NCBI GenBank assembly: GCA_030041095.1
Contig: JASHON010000083.1
Span: 16,308-80,307 of the forward strand
DNA: 64,000 nucleotides
Direction: 5' to 3'
Source: Terriglobia bacterium
Lineage (GTDB): Bacteria; Acidobacteriota; Terriglobia; UBA7540
The position numbers and the translations under genes are program-made. Shown here one piece after another: positions 63,997 to 64,000 of this stretch (position 1 is its first letter; each line of letters opens with the position of its first letter). Below the pieces are notes generated by a model. The model saw only the letters and a list, made by a program, of their open reading frames with translations, had not been told where the DNA came from and made no database searches.

Positions 63997-64000
63997 CAAT

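Overview
High-GC bacterial chromosomal segment, probably Acidobacteriota. That assignment is an inference from an ADOP-type duplicated FtsX permease, a CRTAC1/ASPIC FG-GAP protein, many PIN/MazF toxin-antitoxin pairs and dense REP/MITE-like repeats. Gene order: ybeY-era; a sigma54-type two-component pair divergent from pilB-pilT-pilC; an aminotransferase; tRNA-Sec (selC); an ABC exporter; rhomboid; an APC permease; pcrA/uvrD; vapBC. Next is a complete type II-C CRISPR-Cas9 locus: a predicted antisense tracrRNA, cas9-cas1-cas2, and 12 repeats with 11 spacers. It is followed by a transposase-gene remnant and a MITE. Then come holB-tmk; an AT-richer segment with phased direct repeats and a consensus sigma54 promoter driving an orphan ClpB-D2-like AAA+ ATPase next to tRNA-His; and housekeeping genes (cysS, class III aminotransferase, yraN, galT, metB/C-like, guaB). 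After a CRTAC1-like protein lies a patch of intact and decayed toxin-antitoxin modules. A System I cytochrome c maturation cluster follows in unusual order (ccmE-F-H-like, two extra genes, ccmA, about 0.9 kb of repeats, ccmB-C-D-like), and its CcmE has CxxxY instead of HxxxY. The window ends with an ADOP permease, an mrfA/yprA-like helicase and mrfB/yprB-like exonuclease separated by a large inverted array of heptanucleotide repeats, a second vapBC, a TPR protein, a ClC channel and a SpoU/TrmH methyltransferase. Several starts were moved relative to the ORF track. All homology calls come from motifs recognised by eye, with no database search.
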